54,799 nt of DNA from Polymyxa betae A26-41 (Eukaryota; Protista; Endomyxa: Phytomyxea). The stretch lies in NCBI GenBank assembly GCA_003693705.1, contig RBZT01000770.1:1-54799 (forward strand), in the 5' to 3' direction. The notes beneath the pieces were generated by a model. That model did no database searches. It saw only the letters and a list, made by a program, of their open reading frames with translations, and was not told the origin of the DNA. A program made the translations under genes and the position numbers. This document shows positions 49,185 through 54,799 of the stretch, one piece after another; position 1 is the stretch's first letter, and every line of letters begins with the position of its first letter.

Positions 49185-50566
49185 TTAGACAAGATATTTT
49201 GCCAACCCTTTGCGGTGATCTCGGAAGCACAAACGCGATCGTTGTCGCCAGAATCGCCCTTTTCGGCCTGATAATATAAACGTGCAAAAAGCGGCCAGAA
49301 TAACGCAAATGAGAATCAGCATGGGCAAAATCCGAAGCCTGACTTTCCCAGCAAAACCACAAGACGGTATTCGATCGGCTTGTTCTACTCTTGGCTGAGC
49401 ATCGGCTTGAAGGAAGATATCAGCGAGCAGGTTAAGCAAGCCGCCGATTACCCAATGTAGAACCCAATCAGCACGGGAATAGGTCACGTGGACCGAAGGG
49501 TTGATCAAAAACTTTGAATACCCTTTCAGAGTTAAGTCTTTGAACAGCAGGGCACATTCAGACACAGGACAATCAGCACTATATACATGCGTTTCAGAAT
49601 CTTGTATCGTGCGAGGTTCGTTCGAATTCCAGCTGCGAAACTGGACGTTTGCCAACGCTGCCGCCTTTATGACCACAATGCCATTCCAACAGCTGGTTAC
49701 CGGAAACGGTCGATTCTGTCGTAACAGCACAGCCGATTGCTGATCATAAACATAAGGATAAACAGGAGACATAGTGAAGCCATTAATGTCTCGCGATACC
49801 TAACAGCTAGCTTCAATAATTTGGAGGCATTAACGACCAAAATTTTGACCCAAGTGTCGTAAAATGTGACACGATTGAAGTCCATAGCACAAACAGCATC
49901 GTAATCAAGCTGTTCAGTTAAAAGAAGACGCATAGCGTCTTCAGCATCGAACATGACATCGTTGAAGAATATGACATCGTCGAATGAATGCTCTGATAAA
50001 GGCTCCATAACTCGGTTGCGAATGTGAGCCATGTATCTGGACGCAATCAGCATAGACAATGGCTTACTGCAAGACCTACTTGATTCGCTCTTCTATATTA
50101 TAATCAACATTATAATCCGTCCAAGATGGCGCTGCTTCAGACAAGATCCTGTGCAGCACATTATGCTGCCGAAGAGTCTCACGAAAGTGCCCGATAATAG
50201 CAGGTGTAGTGTCTTTCGAGCCATTTTCGTATATGGAAACGAACACATCGCCGCCTGCTTTGCGAATCATTTCCATTACACGCAGGATCTACCACAGTTA
50301 GCGAAGTCGAAGCTAAACTAGGAATGAGATACCTGCTGAAAATGAATAGGTAGAATATGCTCGTTGTTGTAGTAGTTGGCAGCAATGAGAATGTTTCTGT
50401 TGTTGAGAAGGATTTTGTCAGTCTCTGGCACTGGATAATGACGACGTTGCATAGTGGCGAACACCAGAGAACATGTTACAATCTGCAGCGAGAGCAATGC
50501 AATACCAAGTAGCTTGAAATCGACAGAAGAGCTAGCAGAAAGAGCCTTTTGCCTGAAAGACACCAT
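49185..50566 (-). CDS. GT69 / CAP59-like alpha-1,3-mannosyltransferase (CMT1-like), multi-exon
   Basis: IAANYYNNE.ILP, VFVSIYENGSKD.T, MAHIRNRVMEPL, VIFFNDVMF, YDAVCAMDF, FYDTWV, PFPVTSCWNGIVV and SECALL; N-terminal TM helix plus C-terminal hydrophobic segments. Confidence 0.9.
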
Positions 50567-51493
50567 CAAGCAAAAGGCCAAGAAGGGGGGGGGGACCCAC
50601 GCAATATCTCTAAAACAGAGATTTTGAATGGTGTGGGCAGGCGGTGGAATAAGCGATTCGTATCATCATTCTGAGTTGAGTCCAATGCTTCACGCATCGT
50701 GAAAGCAAGCTTTGTCGGAGATTGGTGAAATGATCCAGTACAACAGTTATATTTGTTTCGCTGTCTGAGACATGATTCTTTGTACTCGGCCCTTTGTTCT
50801 CTGAATGGATATGGGCAGGAAGCCCTGCCCTTTATCGCTCTGAATCCGTTTCTCCTACCAACAGGCAATCACATGCTGATTTGCGTTTGAGGCTATAGAT
50901 AGAGCAAGATTCAACTCCCCCAGTTCACATCAGCACATGAATTTCCAGCAACTTCAAATGAACTTGCAGGACCCACACTTTGTTCAACAGCAAGAACACG
51001 TTGATAACCAGCAAGAACACAATGACTCTCAAACCCTGCAAAATCAACTCCTTCCGATCATAAAAGAGCTCAAATGTTATCGTAATGAACTCTAACAACT
51101 GCGAAGTCGTATTCCATCTACCGGCTACCCGTAGAGTCTCGCATACGTCATACTCCAGTAACCTTTTTGTATCCCCTGCCGAATTGTATGACAGTATGAG
51201 CATCACTAATAAGTCGCTTAATTCTTAAATAAGTTAACGGGTACAAAATTTTCAAAAAATTAGTTATGAGAGATTGCTTAAAAGTTAAACCCATTTATGT
51301 TTTGAAATATGATGCAATTGAGGTTTGTTGCAAGCGTTCAAGCTTTTCGCAACGTTGCTGACTGCTGGAATCGTCCAAATAATGTCGAAGAACGATGATT
51401 GCTTCATGGTTTTCACTCTGATCCTCGTCAAGAATGTGAAGATTTGCTCTCTGTCCCTCAATCTTGTTCTCAATGGGGAAATCCGCCGGCAGT

Positions 51494-52596
51494 TAGGGCT
51501 CCGATCGGGTTCGGGTAGTATCCGAAAAACCCGGGTCGGGTCGGGTTCGGGTCGGGTTCGGGTAGCTGGTCGATACTCGACCAGCTACCCGACCGTATCC
51601 GACGGTTAATAATTTGAGCTGCGCACGGATTTACGTTCAGCTCCCATTTGTGTATTTTGTCAAGTTGCATCATTGCAGTCACGAATATTGCAACCCGCAA
51701 GAGCAAAGCCATTTCTTCACCGACGCTTTCGCAGCTACTCAAAAACTGGACTTCAATATTGATTACTCTGACCTTATCGAACCTGTTTCACTTCTGATAA
51801 TCTCTAATTGGGAGAAAAAGTGACCGATTGGGAGAAATAGGTACTGCTGAGCAGTATAGCACTTTCTACTAAAGAGACAGACTTTTGTAACAGTGCTGTA
51901 AATGGAATCTGTATTTCGACAGCTAGTCAGGGCCAGGGTAGTCTCGGTATCTCGCAGTCCGTGACGCAGCTTCCGTCGGAACGTGAATCTGGCCTTTCCA
52001 GCTTGTAGTCCAGGTGTTTTGACAATGGAGACATTCTTCCAGATACTGCGCGAGTTGCGCACTTCCTTCTATTAGCGCACTTTTTATTTCTACTTAGAGA
52101 GAAAATATATATTGATACAGCAGGTCCCCACCGCTACCACAGGGGCAGCTGGTGAAGATTCTTCTCTTTTCACGTACCTCGATGTTCTCTCAATGCGTTT
52201 GTGAAGGCCAATAATGGACAAGGCCGACAATTATCTGAGCTTGCGCTGCGAGGATTCTCTGTTGATCTTTATATTACATTACATCGCATGCGATGCAGTT
52301 TCACATCTTTTGTCGCAAGAGACATACTGTCAATCCCTGGATCGCCCGTGTCGGATTTAAGAAATTTTCAACTGCGGACACAATGTTTTTAGACTGCGTC
52401 GACATTCCCTTCAGCCTGAGACACTAAGTGCATTGAAGTTGGGTAATAACGCGCCCAATCAAGATGTTTTTACAGCGCTTCTGCGAATTTTTTCTCTCGC
52501 CATACAATTGTCGGGTAGCTACCCGACCCTACCCGGAAAAGTCGGGTTGGGTTCAGGTATGGGGCTGGTATCCGACCCGACCCGATCGGAGCCCTA
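51494..52596. mobile_element. Non-autonomous hAT element (1103 bp) with perfect TIRs and TSD
   Basis: 17-bp TIR TAGGGCTCCGATCGGGT (51494-51510; inverted copy 52580-52596), 8-bp TSD CCGGCAGT (51486-51493 and 52597-52604), and subterminal TCGGG/CCCGA repeats. Confidence 0.95.
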
Positions 52597-52619
52597 CCGG
52601 CAGTGCAGCAACCTCAATC

Positions 52620-53079
52620 CCAATTTCTTCCAAAGGTTTCGGATTCCTCTGCTGTAACCATAATCAATATCAATTCATCATCATCCGAAAGCTCCGGAAC
52701 CGATTGCCTCCAGACGTTCGTTCTGGTCTTGGCTGTTTTAAGCTTCTTCGACAGCCGCACGACCTTCTTCTTCGCTTTCCGAAGTGGATCGGATTCGCGT
52801 CAACCCAACTCTTTCGTTTCTTGGAGGCCACAACGCTCTCATAAATGATACGTCCTAAAAAAAGGTTTAGTTTTTTGGGCTAAAGTTTATACTTGGGGTT
52901 ACTTTTTTGTGCTGCGGAGGCAGTGTTGCAGCAGTCCAGGATTGGACTTCCTCCGGCGCAATAGTGGCATGCGCCTTCCGGCCATCGCCCGACAGCATGT
53001 GTTTACGCAGCCGCTGGATATCCGGGAATTCCCGGCCATCATAGCCACAGACGTAGACCGTCGTGTAGAGCTTTACCAT
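52620..53079 (-). pseudogene. Frameshifted fragment with a degenerate zinc-finger-like N-terminus, lying inside the pogo relic
   Basis: YVCGYDGREFPDIQRLRKHMLSGDGRKAH followed by a GT-AG intron (about 52856-52902) and basic/acidic frames broken by frameshifts. Confidence 0.4.
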
Positions 53080-53605
53080 CGCTCGAAGTGAAAGGAGATA
53101 TTACCTCCTCAAAAGTGGTAACATCGGCATCAGTTTGAATGAGCTCTTTAATAGAGAAGGGGCATTGAACGCCAAGTTGCGCAACCTTGTCAGCAAGCTA
53201 TCAGCTTCGTTTGAATCAGCAGGGTTAGGTGCATCATTTAAGGCCCTCAAAGTGGACCAAATGACAGAATGCTGCCAGCAGTTGCTAATCGATTCAGGTG
53301 TAACTTGCTGCCACGTCGTTAAGCACCATCTCATTGCTTTCAAAATGTCGATGTTGTTAAGGAATGGTCCAATTGATAACAGCGGAACATTTTCTTGAAT
53401 GCTGCAATTATTCCTTGATCCATTGGCTGAAGACGAGACAGGGAACTCGCAGGGAGAAACTGTACTTGACGTAGTCAGCTCTTACCCCTTGATGGAATGC
53501 AATGGGGCGCTATCCAGAAGCAAAAGAACATGGCGGTTGGACAATCTCATTTCCATTCTTGAAAGAGCAACGTAACATCGTCATCCAGGCTTTGTTATTT
53601 GCATG

Positions 53606-54460
53606 CAGGCCACTCTAAATAGCGGTTTGGCCATATTTACATAAATAGCGCATTTAGTGCTCGCCGCCAAAATTATTTAGTCATGTTATTCAGTGAAACC
53701 GTTTTTATAGCCAGTAATACGCACTGTTCCTCGCTCATAACGCCAGCAATGTGAAGAAGTACTGATCGGCATGAAGGATCTTTTCTAGTGAGAAGTCGGT
53801 CATTGATGTCCGGAGAGAAGACTTTTCCCTTTTGATCGCTGAGAAGTCTGCTTCAACCCGCGCAGTCGTGCAGTATTTGAAAAAACAGTGGCAATCTCTC
53901 CACAGAAATCCTGCTGGGCTGGACTCGACCAGCAAACATCTTCCAGCACTCTTGGAATGGGGTTCCCGAATTATACTCGTCAACAGCAACTTCTCAATTG
54001 GGTTCATCTTTAAATGCGGATTTAAGTCGGCGAAATCAGCTTAGATATGTCAGGAGGCGCGACCCCGACCCGCCCTAATGTTACCAAAGTGTAGTTTGGC
54101 GATAGTTTGCAGCAGTAAGACTGCATGCACAATAATACAGTCACTTTGTAGAACCGAATTGAGAATAGCTCAGCTCGGTTAACGCCGTATTTGAATCAAC
54201 TTCTTCGTCTCGTTTCGTTGTAGTTTTAGTTCCTCGTCGTCGTCTTCCTGTCGTTCTTCCTGTTCTTCGTTATTCGTTCTCCTCTCATTATTCTTCTACC
54301 TCTTCTTAGACTTCTACTTACTTCCTAATTATATCTTCTATAGTTTATTTGTTATAGAGTTGGTTCTTGACAAGATACTCTGGATATCAATATCAGACAT
54401 TCCGTTCCGCCTCAAGCGCGGTTCCATCTGGTGTGGTGATCTGGTTAGCGCAGCCCACCT
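53606..54460 (-). mobile_element. hAT-like transposase C-terminal relic with one terminus, split by a solo LTR
   Basis: Frames read QMEPRLRRNGMSDIDIQSI*ADF/RRLKSAFKDEP...QDFCGEIATVFSNTA/TARVEADFSAIKREKSSLRTSMTDFSLEKILHADQY. Putative terminus CAGGCCACTCTAAATAGCG at 53606 cuts the pogo ORF. Confidence 0.7.
54048..54372. mobile_element. Solo LTR (325 bp)
   Basis: Starts TGTCAGGA and ends TCTTGACA (7/8 inverted match); flanked by the 5-bp direct repeat AGATA (54043-54047 and 54373-54377). Removing it rejoins the hAT-like coding sequence. Confidence 0.85.
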
Positions 54461-54590
54461 ACGCTACTTTCTACTGTACGCAATTAATACAGACTCAATT
54501 CTATTTTATTGTCTCCATCTGTGATCGACTGTCTCGTACCTCAGATCGGCACAAAGCGCTTTACTGTACCTGCGGGAGAGAGCAGCTACA

Positions 54591-54799
54591 ATGTCGGACG
54601 ACGAACGACAGGAGCAACAGCTGTCGGCGGATGCCGATCGGGACTCCTCCAAATCGGGGAAGGCCCCCAAACCGGTAACTTCTGGGACGATGTCTACGGA
54701 TGGTCGAACTGGTAGTTATCGCAGTTCAAACGTTGCAGGAAACCCTTGTCCGGAACTGATTAGTTTCGCCAAGGAGGAGATTGTCTCTTTTCTCAACGA
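54591..54799 (+). CDS. 5' end of an ORF running off the window (possibly retrotransposon gag-like)
   Basis: ATG at 54591 is open to the window end: MSDDERQ...NPCPELISFAKEEIVSFLN. Confidence 0.4.
   Translation, partial: MSDDERQEQQLSADADRDSSKSGKAPKPVTSGTMSTDGRTGSYRSSNVAGNPCPELISFAKEEIVSFLN

Larger units (their letters stand above)
51192..53605 (-). mobile_element. Pogo/Tigger (DDE_1) transposon relic, interrupted by later insertions
   Basis: HANNKAWMT, RHVLLLLDSAP.H, FLPAS..SRLQPMDQGIIAAF, DILKAMRW...WQQVTPESISNCWQH and SIKELIQTDADVTTFEE. A C-terminal piece ends in QTSIASYFKT* (stop 51295-51297). Degenerate CAGTA-type terminus near 51192. Confidence 0.8.

Noticed and set aside
54048-54799. 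LTR read as the 5' LTR of a full element with gag at 54591
   Set aside because: Identical AGATA repeats flank the LTR, no PBS follows it, and the hAT-like frame resumes after it, so it is a solo LTR. The 54591 ORF is treated separately.
1-54799. tRNA, rRNA or snRNA genes; prokaryotic defence systems or operons
   Set aside because: None recognised by eye. tRNAscan-SE and Infernal/Rfam would be needed to exclude small RNAs.

Overview
A gene-dense eukaryotic (protist) window with very short GT-AG introns (mostly about 45-60 nt), so the ORF track fragments or misses several genes. Flagellar assembly genes, a glyoxylate-cycle enzyme, tiny introns and TTTTAGGG-like motifs suggest a zoosporic protist such as a plasmodiophorid (inference only). 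I reconstructed about 26 protein genes by eye: a membrane-anchored S8 subtilase, Med20, eIF3k, malate synthase, two cyclophilins, DDX42, a syntaxin, Pelota, an ODA docking-complex-like coiled-coil protein, XPC/Rad4, a Sel1-repeat protein, DNAAF5/HEATR2, a TBC RabGAP, AIDA, an IQ-repeat protein, an ACX4-like acyl-CoA oxidase/dehydrogenase, a PRELI protein, LST8, COX5B, a GT69 (CAP59/CMT1-like) mannosyltransferase and several orphans. The most notable hidden gene is a complete, roughly 10-exon P2X-type ATP-gated cation channel (41421-43329) that the ORF track shows only as small uninformative fragments. Three accessory regions hold transposon relics: a PIF/Harbinger-type DDE pseudogene (about 22 kb), a decayed LTR-retrotransposon pol remnant (about 34-35 kb), and a nested pile at 51-54.8 kb. 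That pile contains a pogo/Tigger relic, a structurally complete non-autonomous hAT with 17-bp TIRs and an 8-bp TSD, a second hAT-like transposase relic, and a solo LTR with a 5-bp TSD. All family calls come from motif recognition, not database searches.
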